A stretch of DNA of 64,000 nt, from contig CAZBWU010000001.1 of assembly GCA_964496095.1 (NCBI GenBank), forward strand, positions 185,474 to 249,473. The letters run 5' to 3'. The stretch comes from an uncultured Gammaproteobacteria bacterium (lineage in GTDB: Bacteria > Patescibacteriota > Patescibacteriia > Magasanikbacterales > GWA2-37-8). Under the pieces are notes generated by a model. The model was not told where the DNA came from, made no database searches, and was given only the letters and a program-made list of their open reading frames with translations. This document shows, piece by piece, positions 21,301-29,645 of the stretch (position 1 is the stretch's first letter; every line of letters begins with the position of its first letter). Both the position numbers and the translations under genes were made by a program.

Positions 21301-21883
21301 GGCTTATCAAGAAATAATGAAAGACACTCTCATACCCCTCAAAGATTTGTCAGCTCAGCCTCGTAATCAGTGGGTGGTAGTAGGGGGAATGCTTGATTCA
21401 ACTAAGAAAAAAATTACGCGTAGTGGCAAGGCCATGATGTTTGCAAAATTGCTCGATACTACCAGCAGCTTGGAATTATTGGTTTTTCCAAAGACTTACG
21501 AAACCACAGCGGCTATTTGGGTGGAAGGTAGACCGGTGTGTGTGATTGGTCGCACTTCGGAAGAAGAAGGAGATGATAAATTGTTTGTAGAAAAAGCCTA
21601 TGTACTGACCAAAGAAAATGCGGCTACCTTGGCCAAGCAAATGTCTTTTGGTAAAAGTTATGAAACAAAAAAAGAGCCCGAACCAATTAGTTTTGCATTT
21701 GAAATTGCGGTTAGCCCAGAGCAATTAAAATCTCAAGCTGAAGCGATAAAAAATATTTTGAGTCAATATCCGGGGGATGAAGCTGTAATACTCAAGGTGG
21801 GAGATAAAATTATTCGAACTTCTTATAGAGTTGATGGTTCGGAAGAATTAAGAAACGAACTTGCAACCATTGTTTCCAATTAA
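18389..21883 (+). CDS. dnaE: DNA polymerase III alpha subunit
   Basis: PHP HLHVHSHYSLLD, RGSAAGS, PDIDGDF, YGFNKAHA; start moved to MDFVHL. Confidence 0.98.
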   Translation: MDFVHLHVHSHYSLLDALPKIDELVDHAKKLGYKSLALTDHGNMYGTIEFYEACQKAGIKPIIGMEAYLVVGSRFDKNNRDEKIYHQVLLAENNIGYKNLMKLASLASLEGFSDKPRLDKELLKQYHEGLVALSGCFAGEIPTILQRDDNFDKAKNVALEYQEIFGKDNFYLELMDLPALEGQMDMNTKLIQLSAETGIPMVVTRDSHYLEEDEAEAQDVLTCIRDGKTMDEDGRATMNGVDYSLAPAKEIINRFKHVPEAISNTVKIADRANVTIELNKWHFPHLNIPDGKTVDEYLREQVYEKLPKRIEMTEEVKKRADYELDIIAKKGYSPYFLTVADYINYAREHRIMVTTRGSAAGSVVSFAMGIVMDNPLYFKLPFERFLNPFRPSPPDIDGDFADDRRDEMIAYVTKKYGADKVAQIITFGTMAARGSVRDVGRALGYSYSFCDQISKLIPFGAQGFQMTIAKALTLEPELKKLYDKNAEVKRLLDLAQKVEGCARHTSIHAAGVVISPTPLTDFTPVQLETGGDKIVTQYEMHSVETAGVLKMDFLGIRNLSILGNAVEIIEKTTDQKINVYNLYPWNDAKTYDMLARGETVGVFQLASSGMTRYLKELKPSSIFDIMAMVALFRPGPMDSIPDYILRKNNHDLIEYEDPRMKDYLDQSLGLIVYQDDVLLTAINLAGYNWEEADKFRKAMGKKIPEEMAKQKEKFFKGAKEFGKLTSETINKLWERIEPFAAYGFNKAHAASYAVVAYQTAYLKANFPVQYMTAVLIAESGDIDKVPEIIHECERMGVKVLPPDINESFKSFAMTPIAGSQERLATGQVPSAGTSVIRFGLNGIKNLGENIAEAIYQERKANGKFKDLQDFLTRVKDKDLNKKSLESLAKCGALDGFGYDRGVLLANMENILSFSKQIKEGGANTQHSLFSGTSLDAVSVLKLVNAKPANEADKLTWEKELLGFYITSHPFKAYQEIMKDTLIPLKDLSAQPRNQWVVVGGMLDSTKKKITRSGKAMMFAKLLDTTSSLELLVFPKTYETTAAIWVEGRPVCVIGRTSEEEGDDKLFVEKAYVLTKENAATLAKQMSFGKSYETKKEPEPISFAFEIAVSPEQLKSQAEAIKNILSQYPGDEAVILKVGDKIIRTSYRVDGSEELRNELATIVSN
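20827..20870. repeat. 44-bp hairpin element in frame inside dnaE
   Basis: GACCCCAATAGCAGGGTCGCAGGAGCGACTCGCTACGGGGCAAG, encoding TPIAGSQERLATGQ. Confidence 0.85.
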
Positions 21884-23022
21884 TTATCAATCTTCCAATT
21901 TGGATCAGCGGTTATTTTATTCCAAGAAGTAAATTCTTTTTTTAGTGCATGGTGGTATCCAGCTGTGGCAATCATCGCGCCGTTATCCATGGCGTATTTT
22001 AATTCCGGAATTTGGAAACTAATTTCAGGGAATCTTTTGGTTATTTCTGTGGCTAAGGTTTCACGCAGTTTTTTGTTGGCGCTCACACCCCCACCTAAAA
22101 TAATAGTTTTGGGTTTATGCTCTTGCGCGGCTAGCATAGTTTTGACTACCAGTACATCAATAATTGCTTGTTCAAAACTAGCGCAAAAATCATTGATAGA
22201 AATGTTTGTGGCGACTTGTTTGTCATTCTGAGGAAGAGAAGCGATAGAAGAATCTATTCCTTTTAATTGAGATTGATTTGTTGTTTCGTTTAGGGTTGTA
22301 GGTAAAATGTGGTTATCCCTTAACCAATAAAGCGCTGAAGTTTTTAATCCTGAGAAACTAAAATTATAATCACCGCTATTTATCATCGGTCTAGGAAAGT
22401 TTATAGCATCAGTTTTGCCCTCTAAGGCAAGTTTGGAAATTTGTGGTCCGCCAGGATAGGTGAGGCCAATTAGTTTGGCCACTTTATCAAAACATTCACC
22501 AGCGGCGTCGTCTTTGGTAGAGCCAAGTATTTTGTAATCACCATGATTCTTCATGAGAATTAATTCGGTGTGTCCGCCACTAACGATTAAGGCTAGAGCC
22601 GGGAAATATATTTTTTTACTGTCATTCTGAGGGAGAGAAGCGGCTGAAGAATCTCTGTCTTGGATTTGTGTGGAGTATATGTGTCCTTCAATATGGTTGG
22701 TAGAAACAAGTGGAATATCCCAAGCATAAGAAAGAACGCGCGCGGCCTCAACGCCTACGAGCAGTCCCGTAATGAGTCCTGGCCCAGAAGTGACAGCTAT
22801 GGCGTCTGGCTTTGGTTGGTTTTCGAGCACTGCCTCAATAAGTGGGACGATTTTTTCCGCATGCATACGTCCAGCAATTTCTGGAACCACACCGCCATAT
22901 TTTTTATGCACATCAATTTGGGAAGCGGTTTTTTCTGATAAAACAAAACAGCCTTTGTCCGAACAATCGAGCAAGGCAATAGACGTGTCATCACAAGATG
23001 ATTCAATACCGAGGATTAGCAT
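21880..23022 (-). CDS. tsaD: tRNA N6-adenosine threonylcarbamoyltransferase TsaD with two repeat-derived insertions
   Basis: LGIESSCDDT, GGVVPE, HIEGH, VSGGHT, DDAAGECFDK, FSFSGLKT, DNGAMIA. Confidence 0.97.
   Translation of the reverse strand: MLILGIESSCDDTSIALLDCSDKGCFVLSEKTASQIDVHKKYGGVVPEIAGRMHAEKIVPLIEAVLENQPKPDAIAVTSGPGLITGLLVGVEAARVLSYAWDIPLVSTNHIEGHIYSTQIQDRDSSAASLPQNDSKKIYFPALALIVSGGHTELILMKNHGDYKILGSTKDDAAGECFDKVAKLIGLTYPGGPQISKLALEGKTDAINFPRPMINSGDYNFSFSGLKTSALYWLRDNHILPTTLNETTNQSQLKGIDSSIASLPQNDKQVATNISINDFCASFEQAIIDVLVVKTMLAAQEHKPKTIILGGGVSANKKLRETLATEITKRFPEISFQIPELKYAMDNGAMIATAGYHHALKKEFTSWNKITADPNWKIDN
22221..22255. repeat. Half palindromic element in tsaD (DSSIASLPQND)
   Basis: TGTCATTCTGAGGAAGAGAAGCGATAGAAGAATCT. 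Confidence 0.8.
22620..22659. repeat. Half palindromic element in tsaD (DRDSSAASLPQND)
   Basis: TGTCATTCTGAGGGAGAGAAGCGGCTGAAGAATCTCTGTC. Confidence 0.8.
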
Positions 23023-23027
23023 AGTTG

Positions 23028-23101
23028 TGTCAGGGGAGAGAGTTGAACTCTCGACCTCGGGGTTATGAATCCCGTGCTCTTACCAACTGAGCTACCCTGA
23101 C
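23028..23101 (-). tRNA. tRNA with CAT anticodon (elongator Met or Ile2); CCA not encoded
   Basis: GTCAGGG/CCCTGAC acceptor stem, D-arm AGCTCAGTTGGTAAGAGC, anticodon loop TTCATAA, T-loop GTTCAAC; paired 1-72 argues against initiator tRNA. Confidence 0.93.
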
Positions 23102-23181
23102 CTGTCAAATGTAGTGATAATGATACTAAAATATGGTCATAAAGTCAACTTTGTCTCGATGTATGCTTAATTAAAGGCTTA

Positions 23182-23209
23182 TTGACTTTTCTTTAAAATA
23201 AGATATACT
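23182..23209 (+). promoter_or_regulatory. Promoter for tRNA-Glu
   Basis: TTGACT-N16-TATACT. Confidence 0.55.
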
Positions 23210-23227
23210 ACTGGCACAAATAATGAC

Positions 23228-23299
23228 GGTCTCATCGTCTAATGGTTAGGACATTGCCCTTTCAAGGCGAAAATACGGGTTCAATTCCCGTTGGGACTA
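23228..23299 (+). tRNA. tRNA-Glu(TTC); CCA not encoded
   Basis: GGTCTCA/TGGGACT acceptor stem, anticodon arm TTGCC-CTTTCAA-GGCGA, T-arm ACGGG-TTCAATT-CCCGT. Confidence 0.95.
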
Positions 23300-23306
23300 C
23301 GACGAT

Positions 23307-23339
23307 AACACTTTCCTGAAATAGGGGGGGGGTGTTTTT
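23307..23339 (+). terminator. Terminator after tRNA-Glu
   Basis: AACACTTTCCT...AGGGGGGGGGTGTTTTT hairpin with G-U pairs and T-tract. Confidence 0.55.
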
Positions 23340-23491
23340 GTTTATGGTTACAGAAGAAACACCCTGTATACTCAGTTTGCCACCCTGTTTTTTATCTTTT
23401 TCTCACGTTTGTATCAATTCCTTCATTTCTCCTTTTGTTTACTGAATGTAAACGAGGTTTGCCAGATTTTTGTTTATTGCTTTGTAGAATG

Positions 23492-23520
23492 TAGACATTG
23501 GGCTTAGAAAGTCTTATAAT
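23492..23520 (+). promoter_or_regulatory. Cassette-internal promoter
   Basis: TAGACA-N17-TATAAT. Confidence 0.55.
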
Positions 23521-23576
23521 GATTCTATCTTACAGCCCAGTTGTTTGTTATAAAAAGGAGTAATAATTCTAATTTT

Positions 23577-24386
23577 ATGGACAGGGGAGAATTTCAACAA
23601 AACACAATCGAACAGTCACAAAATAACCCAGAGATTATTTGGCAATCACTTAGTGCTGAGGTTAGGGACAATTGTACTAAACTGCTTGAGCCACTTGTTA
23701 AGGAAAGTGAAGAAGTTCTTGGAGAAATTGTCAGCGATGAGAAACGTGCAGAGTGGATCTCTAAGGTAATGGAGGTAGAGAAAGTTTTCTTAACTCGGAT
23801 CATTGCAGAAACAGAACGAGCGCTTGCAGCTCGTCCTGGAGAAAAATTAATTACGCTTTTAGATATTGATGAGACAATCGGTGTTTCACCTGCTACTCCT
23901 GGTCCGCTGACAACAGTTTTACGTCCAAGCTTGGTTCCATTGTTGAGCCACCTCAAAAACCGTGGCGTACAACTAGGTTTTCTCACAAACCGAGGTGCCG
24001 CATTGAGGCAGCTTTCAGAAGAAAATCAGCTTCAACCTATTGCTGAGTGGATTGATCCGAATCTAATTTTTTCAGATAGGTCTTATGAGTATTGGGGTGA
24101 CGGCTCAATTGTGGATCTCAGTGAAAAGTTTGGTGGACCTGGTGGAATTATTGATGACTCAAAAATGACTGACAAAGGTGGCCCTATTAGATTTCGTCAG
24201 GGAGACTATAGAAAAATAATGGCTCTTGCTGATATTCGTACGAAATTTCCTACCGGAGCAATCATGGTAGTAGACGATTTTGACTATCCAAAGGTGCTTA
24301 ATAATCAAAATGGAATGTATGGAGTGTCTTTAAGATCCCCTAAAAGGAATGCGAGCCAGGGCATGTTTTTTCCTCCAGAACTTTAG
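23577..24386 (+). CDS. HAD-superfamily-like hypothetical protein
   Basis: LLDIDETI (DxDxT), FLTNR, VVDD motifs; start moved to MDRGE. Confidence 0.65.
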   Translation: MDRGEFQQNTIEQSQNNPEIIWQSLSAEVRDNCTKLLEPLVKESEEVLGEIVSDEKRAEWISKVMEVEKVFLTRIIAETERALAARPGEKLITLLDIDETIGVSPATPGPLTTVLRPSLVPLLSHLKNRGVQLGFLTNRGAALRQLSEENQLQPIAEWIDPNLIFSDRSYEYWGDGSIVDLSEKFGGPGGIIDDSKMTDKGGPIRFRQGDYRKIMALADIRTKFPTGAIMVVDDFDYPKVLNNQNGMYGVSLRSPKRNASQGMFFPPEL

Positions 24387-24468
24387 CTCTTTCATTATAC
24401 TATTCTTAATAGTTGCTGCCTTTTATTAAATTAACAGCAAGCAGCATTCTGTAATTGGAGTGTTTTTT

Positions 24469-24600
24469 GTTTCTAGCCGTAATCAGCTCCTAAACTGATG
24501 TATAAAATTACTTGCCTTCTTCGCAATGAGATAAGACATCTTTTGGAGTAGGCAGGCGTTAAACTGACGATTTGAGCTTGATTACGGCTGATCTAGGAAC
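24469..24600. other. Long imperfect inverted repeat (structured ncRNA or MITE candidate)
   Basis: AGCCGTAATCAGCTC pairs with GAGCTTGATTACGGCT; inner stem CTTGCCTTCTTC/GGAGTAGGCAGG. Confidence 0.55.
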
Positions 24601-24625
24601 TGTTGTGGGTTTGATTTTCTTCAGA

Positions 24626-24654
24626 TAGACAAAAGTAAATCAAAAAGATAGAAT
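24626..24654 (+). promoter_or_regulatory. Cassette-internal promoter
   Basis: TAGACA-N17-TAGAAT. Confidence 0.5.
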
Positions 24655-24683
24655 AGATTTATCAATTCAACTAAGCATAATTT

Positions 24684-25169
24684 ATGAAGCGTTTGTTAAG
24701 ACTTGTTGCAGTACTTTTATTATTAGGTGTTGGTTGCAGTTCAAATAAAATTAGCGCGCCTCAAACATATACTAATTCATTTCTTCAGATAACGATGGAG
24801 CTTCCAGTTGGTTGGTATGTAGGAGGTGAGGAGTACAAGCCTTATTTATATGCTAATCAGGAATGCGCTCAAGTTGAACATCTTGAATGTACAAGGATCG
24901 AAATAATCGAAGCTTTGAAGCTTGTTACTGGAGGCGTAAAAACTTTTGAGGAGGGATTGAAAAGAGACAAGACTCCGTATACAATTATTAGTCTTATTCC
25001 AAACGCGACAGTTTTTAAAACTGTTTTTGAGAAAAATACCGAAGATTATTCAAATCAATATTATATATTCTTTTCTCAAGAAGAAAGAGTATTCCTAGCT
25101 TCTGGCATTAGTGATGAAGGTGATAAGACAATCGAAGATGTGCTCGCTACCTTAAGGCTTTTAAAATAA
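24684..25169 (+). CDS. Putative lipoprotein
   Basis: Signal peptide with lipobox-like LLLGVGC. Confidence 0.75.
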   Translation: MKRLLRLVAVLLLLGVGCSSNKISAPQTYTNSFLQITMELPVGWYVGGEEYKPYLYANQECAQVEHLECTRIEIIEALKLVTGGVKTFEEGLKRDKTPYTIISLIPNATVFKTVFEKNTEDYSNQYYIFFSQEERVFLASGISDEGDKTIEDVLATLRLLK

Positions 25170-25186
25170 TCTCCCTAGCGAAATTT

Positions 25187-25219
25187 AAAAGTTTACCACC
25201 TGTCTCAATTAACCCCACA
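25187..25219 (+). repeat. Cassette-boundary direct repeat, copy 1
   Basis: AAAAGTTTACCACCTGTCTCAATTAACCCCACA. Confidence 0.9.
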
Positions 25220-25342
25220 ATCATGAAAAGCATCCAAAAGTGATGAAATTTTATTCCCTAGGTTTAATAGCAAGTCCTCTTTACTAAGGACTATATTTTA
25301 GCTATTATAAATAAAGTTTACTTATCCATTTATATTTATAAT

Positions 25343-25936
25343 ATGCCAAATTCAGGTGATCGGGAGGGTGGTTTAGAAAGGCAGAGGCAGGAGTTAATTG
25401 AGCGGTTAACTATGGAGCTTCATGAGGCAATGCAAACTATTTTTGGCGATCGATTAAACCGAGATGAGTCTAAAGAATTTGAAGTACTACCTGGAATTCC
25501 TAATCAAGATTTGACACTTGAGTTATGCGGTAAGATCCGTCAGTTGTTAGCGGCTCTGCATGAAGATAGTAAGTGGGAAGATTTTAATTCCCAACAGCGA
25601 CTCGCCACTGATGCTATGGAAGAACGAAGTTCAATAAAAATTGGTAAGAACATTACTCCAGAAAAATATAAGGAAGAGTGGGTTGAGTTCTCTGGTAATG
25701 ACAAATATGGTTTAGTGTATGGCCCTGGAATGAGTTCTGACGCTATACCCCAAATACAAAAAGATCGTGAATTAGAGCGCTTATATCTGGGGTGGTATAT
25801 CACTTTGTATAATGTTTATTTGCAAAGTTATCCAGATAGAATGAATAAAATAGTCGAAGCTCTTAAAAAGGCTGGCCTTCCCTTATTGCCAAATATTCAA
25901 AAACGTCTTTATGATCGTGTGAAGCCCAAATCGTAA
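25343..25936 (+). CDS. Hypothetical protein
   Basis: 197 aa ORF alone between repeat copies 1 and 2. Confidence 0.75.
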   Translation: MPNSGDREGGLERQRQELIERLTMELHEAMQTIFGDRLNRDESKEFEVLPGIPNQDLTLELCGKIRQLLAALHEDSKWEDFNSQQRLATDAMEERSSIKIGKNITPEKYKEEWVEFSGNDKYGLVYGPGMSSDAIPQIQKDRELERLYLGWYITLYNVYLQSYPDRMNKIVEALKKAGLPLLPNIQKRLYDRVKPKS

Positions 25937-25979
25937 CTTGATTTTTTATATATTAGGTAAGAGATTTGATCATTTACAG

Positions 25980-26012
25980 AAAAGTTTGCCACCTGTCTCG
26001 ATTAACCCTACA
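25980..26012 (+). repeat. Cassette-boundary direct repeat, copy 2
   Basis: AAAAGTTTGCCACCTGTCTCGATTAACCCTACA, followed by hairpin AAACCACCCA..TGGATGGTTTT. Confidence 0.92.
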
Positions 26013-26099
26013 TAAACAGAAACCACCCATTCACTGGATGGTTTTTTGTTTAACGTTAGAGAAGGAAATGAGTTTACTATAAAATATAGATTAACGCCA

Positions 26100-26128
26100 T
26101 TGATAGTTTAGGAGTTAAGTAGTAATAT
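26100..26128 (+). promoter_or_regulatory. Cassette-internal promoter
   Basis: TTGATA-N17-TAATAT. Confidence 0.5.
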
Positions 26129-26158
26129 TTCTGTATCTACTATTAACCTCAATTATTT

Positions 26159-27037
26159 ATGCCAACAGATAGAGAGTTGCCATTTGAATATGAAGATTTA
26201 ACTACACAAGGTGGGTTCGAGAGGGAGGCTCGTGCTGAAGCGGTTTTGTTTAAGATGGGGAATATTGATGTTTTAAAATTGAGTATGGCGGCCAGTAAAA
26301 CTGTCATCACTGTTGATTTAGAAGGTCGCCTTGCATCAGGAGGGGAAGAACCGGGCAGTTTAACAGTTGATGAGCTGTGGAACTACGGTTTGCAAAGTTT
26401 GCTTGAAAAAGAAGGTTGGATAGATAAGGATGATACCGCGTTAGCAGGTTGGACAGTTAACATTGAAACCAAACGGAAAGACCTGGGTTCAAAAGAATGG
26501 TTTGTTAGTTTTGTTTTAAAAAAGAATCAGAGGTCAGATTTGAAGGATATTGCCAGTATCCCACCATGGCCAGATATTCAGAGCAATCCATATTGGGATT
26601 CGACAGATAAAGTAGTTAGAGATATTTATAATAGAATTAATAAGATTATTAATCAGAGAGAAAGGCCTACGATTGATAGTGTAGTTTCGGATGTAAAAGA
26701 TTTTTGTGCTAGGGTAAAAATCGATTTAAAAAAAGAATTGGTAAATTTAGGAATTGCTCAAGATCATGTTGAGCAATTATTGAATAATCCGGACAAATTA
26801 TTGGAAAAAGTCCCTATTTATGATAGAACAAAAAAAGATTCCATGGGACATAAAATATTTCCTCGTAGTATTTTTGAACTTAGAACTTTAATGCTTTTAT
26901 TTTTGCCGTTGCAAAAGAAAATAGAAGGGGAAATTTCAAGTGATGATAAGGAGATTGTCAGTCAATTTAACTTGTTGGCTGACGATAATTTAGATTGGCT
27001 GAATGGTTTTGAGCGCAATCGATTTGATTATCCTTAA
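26159..27037 (+). CDS. Hypothetical protein
   Basis: 292 aa ORF alone between repeat copies 2 and 3. Confidence 0.75.
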   Translation: MPTDRELPFEYEDLTTQGGFEREARAEAVLFKMGNIDVLKLSMAASKTVITVDLEGRLASGGEEPGSLTVDELWNYGLQSLLEKEGWIDKDDTALAGWTVNIETKRKDLGSKEWFVSFVLKKNQRSDLKDIASIPPWPDIQSNPYWDSTDKVVRDIYNRINKIINQRERPTIDSVVSDVKDFCARVKIDLKKELVNLGIAQDHVEQLLNNPDKLLEKVPIYDRTKKDSMGHKIFPRSIFELRTLMLLFLPLQKKIEGEISSDDKEIVSQFNLLADDNLDWLNGFERNRFDYP

Positions 27038-27039
27038 AT

Positions 27040-27072
27040 AAAAGTTTTCCACCTGTCTTGATTAACCCTGTA
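27040..27072 (+). repeat. Cassette-boundary direct repeat, copy 3
   Basis: AAAAGTTTTCCACCTGTCTTGATTAACCCTGTA, followed by hairpin-like AAAACACC...GATGTTTTTT. Confidence 0.92.
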
Positions 27073-27124
27073 AAATAAAAAACACCCCGGTTAATCCAAG
27101 ATGTTTTTTGTGTCAACAATTCTA

Positions 27125-29548
27125 TTAAAAAGGCAGATTTGAAGTATTAAAAACTATAATTCGACGACCAAAACTAGGGTCAGATATGTAAAGTTTTTTA
27201 TTGGCCTGGTCAAAAGTAAGCGAGTGAGGCATATTAATTGCCGATGTGTCATGTTGGAACCAGTTGTTGGCGGTAAAATCAGTTTGACCCAACACGCCTA
27301 TGGCTGGTTCGCCATTATTTATGGTATTTACATCAAATACTAACACTCGATTGCGGTAATCTGATACATATAAAATATTACTTTCCGAATCAAGTGCAAC
27401 GCCATCAGGAATCGCCATGTTGTTGTCGGAAGTAACTAGGCTATAAACGTTGCTATTAAAATCAGTTTGACCCAATACACCGATAGCTGGTTCGCCATTA
27501 TTTATGGTATTTACATCGAAAGCAAGTACTCGATTATTCACAAAATCTGCTGTGTAAAGAATGTTTCTATTTTTATCAAGAGTAAGCGCAGTTGGGCTCC
27601 ATAGAGTGGTCGCGTTGGGAGTAGCCATGCCTTGGTTTGGTAATCCGTTGTTAAAATCATTTTGTCCTAAGACTGCAATCGCTGGCTCGCCATTAGTTAC
27701 TTGGTGTATGTCAAAAATCATAACCCGACTATTTCCCCATTCAGATATATAAAGTAGTTGGCGTTTAATATCAATTGTTGCAGCTACAGGACCGTTAAAT
27801 GTGTTATTGCGTATACCTGGTTTATTAGTACCGGTAAAACTATCGTTTCCTAACACGGCAATTGCCGCCTCGCCATCGGTGATTGTGCTTACATCATAGA
27901 TTAGCACCCGGTTATTATAACCATCAACGACAATTAGTTGATTATTTTTGCCGTTATAAGCTACCCCCATTGGTTGAGACAGTGTTTTAGCAGTCATAAC
28001 TCCGCCTTGGTTGAATCCACTGGAATAGAAATTATTTTGTCCTAAAACGTTGTCGGCATGATAATCAATCAAGTTGTTATTAATGTCAAGATTAAAAACT
28101 AAGACACGATTGTCAAATGTATCAACCACAAATAGTCTATGATTTTTAATATCAATGGCGGTTCCGTATACAGAATCAAATCCGTAATCGTTTACTATTT
28201 CACTATTGGTCCCAGCTTGTTGGAATGATAATTGGCCAGTATGGTCAATTTGACCAAGGAGACCTATAGCCGGTTCATCATTATTTATAGTACTAACATC
28301 AAAAATCATTACTCGACTGTAGCTGGCATCGGCAACATATAATCTATTATGTCCATCAAGCGCAAGTCCTTTTGGTGATGCCATGGTATGGTTGCTTAAG
28401 GGTCGAGGTAAACTACTATTTAAATCAGGCTGGCCTAGTACGGCTATAGCACTGTCGCCATTATGAATATTACTTGCGTCAAAAATCATTACGCGGTCTG
28501 TTGGTGGATTTGCATCTGAAATGTATAACAGGTGGTTGGTATTGTCATAGACAATCCCAAGAGGTTCGCCAATGGTTGTTTTTGAGGTCGGTTGAAGATT
28601 GCCAGAAACAAAATCCTGTTGTCCCAAAACATATGTTGCTTCTTCGCCATTGGCTATATTGCTCGTGTCATATCCTAATGCACGGTGGTTGCCAAAGTCT
28701 ACAACAAAGAGAATATCGCGATCGAAATCATACGTGATATTGATAGGCATATATAAAGTTCGTGCAGATACAGGGCCACCTTGATTTTCTAGATGGGCAA
28801 GCAAATTATTTTGACCAAGCACCGCTATCGCAGGTTCGCCGTTATCGATAGTAGACACATCAAAAACCGCTACGCGATTTTTGCCTGTGTCTGCAACATA
28901 GAGAATACTACCTTTTGTATTTAGAGTGACTCCTTGAGGCAAAATGAGATGAGTAGTTTGTTCGGAGGTGTCATAGACAAAAGATGCGTCTGTGAATTCT
29001 TTTGGTCCGAGCACTGCCACGGCCTGTTCGCCATTATCTATAATAGCTGTGTCATATATCAATACGCGATTATTTCCTGAATCAGCGACATAGAGGAGAT
29101 TTCTATCTTGGTCAAACGCTAATTGGCGAGGGTAATCCAATGTATCTGCATTGGTCTGACCTCCTCGGTTTGCAAGATGCCCTTCGAAATCAGCTTGTCC
29201 TAACACGTAGCTTGCCGTATGGCTCAGTGGTTTGTAACTTTGTGGGTCAAGCAGGAAAACCATTACTCTACTATTTTGTGTATCGGATATAAACAATCTT
29301 GCATTATTTTTATCAATGATCATATTTTGTGCTTCATCAAAAGCAAAGTCACTGATAGGTGTGCCATGGTCTTGCCACTGGTTGAAATTTGGTTGTCCAG
29401 CCTGTGTTAGTTGGCCTATTACCTGTACAGCCGGCAAAAGTAGGGCATTAGCAGGGGATTGGAACCCAAACAATCCACTTGTGGCTAAAAGAGAAAAAAG
29501 ACTTAGATTAGCCAACATTTTAAAGGTCAAATTGTGTTTGTTTACCAT
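27125..29548 (-). CDS. Secreted NHL-repeat beta-propeller protein
   Basis: Signal peptide; about 12 repeats of P.G...D....LYV.D..N.RV..FD...I.NGE.A..VLGQ.DF. Confidence 0.9.
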   Translation of the reverse strand: MVNKHNLTFKMLANLSLFSLLATSGLFGFQSPANALLLPAVQVIGQLTQAGQPNFNQWQDHGTPISDFAFDEAQNMIIDKNNARLFISDTQNSRVMVFLLDPQSYKPLSHTASYVLGQADFEGHLANRGGQTNADTLDYPRQLAFDQDRNLLYVADSGNNRVLIYDTAIIDNGEQAVAVLGPKEFTDASFVYDTSEQTTHLILPQGVTLNTKGSILYVADTGKNRVAVFDVSTIDNGEPAIAVLGQNNLLAHLENQGGPVSARTLYMPINITYDFDRDILFVVDFGNHRALGYDTSNIANGEEATYVLGQQDFVSGNLQPTSKTTIGEPLGIVYDNTNHLLYISDANPPTDRVMIFDASNIHNGDSAIAVLGQPDLNSSLPRPLSNHTMASPKGLALDGHNRLYVADASYSRVMIFDVSTINNDEPAIGLLGQIDHTGQLSFQQAGTNSEIVNDYGFDSVYGTAIDIKNHRLFVVDTFDNRVLVFNLDINNNLIDYHADNVLGQNNFYSSGFNQGGVMTAKTLSQPMGVAYNGKNNQLIVVDGYNNRVLIYDVSTITDGEAAIAVLGNDSFTGTNKPGIRNNTFNGPVAATIDIKRQLLYISEWGNSRVMIFDIHQVTNGEPAIAVLGQNDFNNGLPNQGMATPNATTLWSPTALTLDKNRNILYTADFVNNRVLAFDVNTINNGEPAIGVLGQTDFNSNVYSLVTSDNNMAIPDGVALDSESNILYVSDYRNRVLVFDVNTINNGEPAIGVLGQTDFTANNWFQHDTSAINMPHSLTFDQANKKLYISDPSFGRRIIVFNTSNLPF

Positions 29549-29595
29549 ATGGTAAAAATTAAGAAAAAGATTAATATTTTGAATATTAACATCGA

Positions 29596-29624
29596 ATTGT
29601 ATATTAAAATAGGGTTATTGTCAA
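29596..29624 (-). promoter_or_regulatory. Promoter of the NHL-repeat gene
   Basis: TTGACA-N17-TACAAT on the minus strand. Confidence 0.65.
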
Positions 29625-29645
29625 CCTTAACTATGTCCCCCCGAT

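Noticed and set aside
18389-21883. Intein or intron in dnaE
   Set aside because: Length is normal; only a short hairpin-derived insert is present and no splicing motifs are seen.
22772-23068. 98 aa plus-strand ORF ending GERVELSTSGL
   Set aside because: Antisense to tsaD and the CAT tRNA.
23324-23332. G9 tract as a phase-variation site
   Set aside because: Intergenic and explained as one arm of the tRNA-Glu terminator hairpin.
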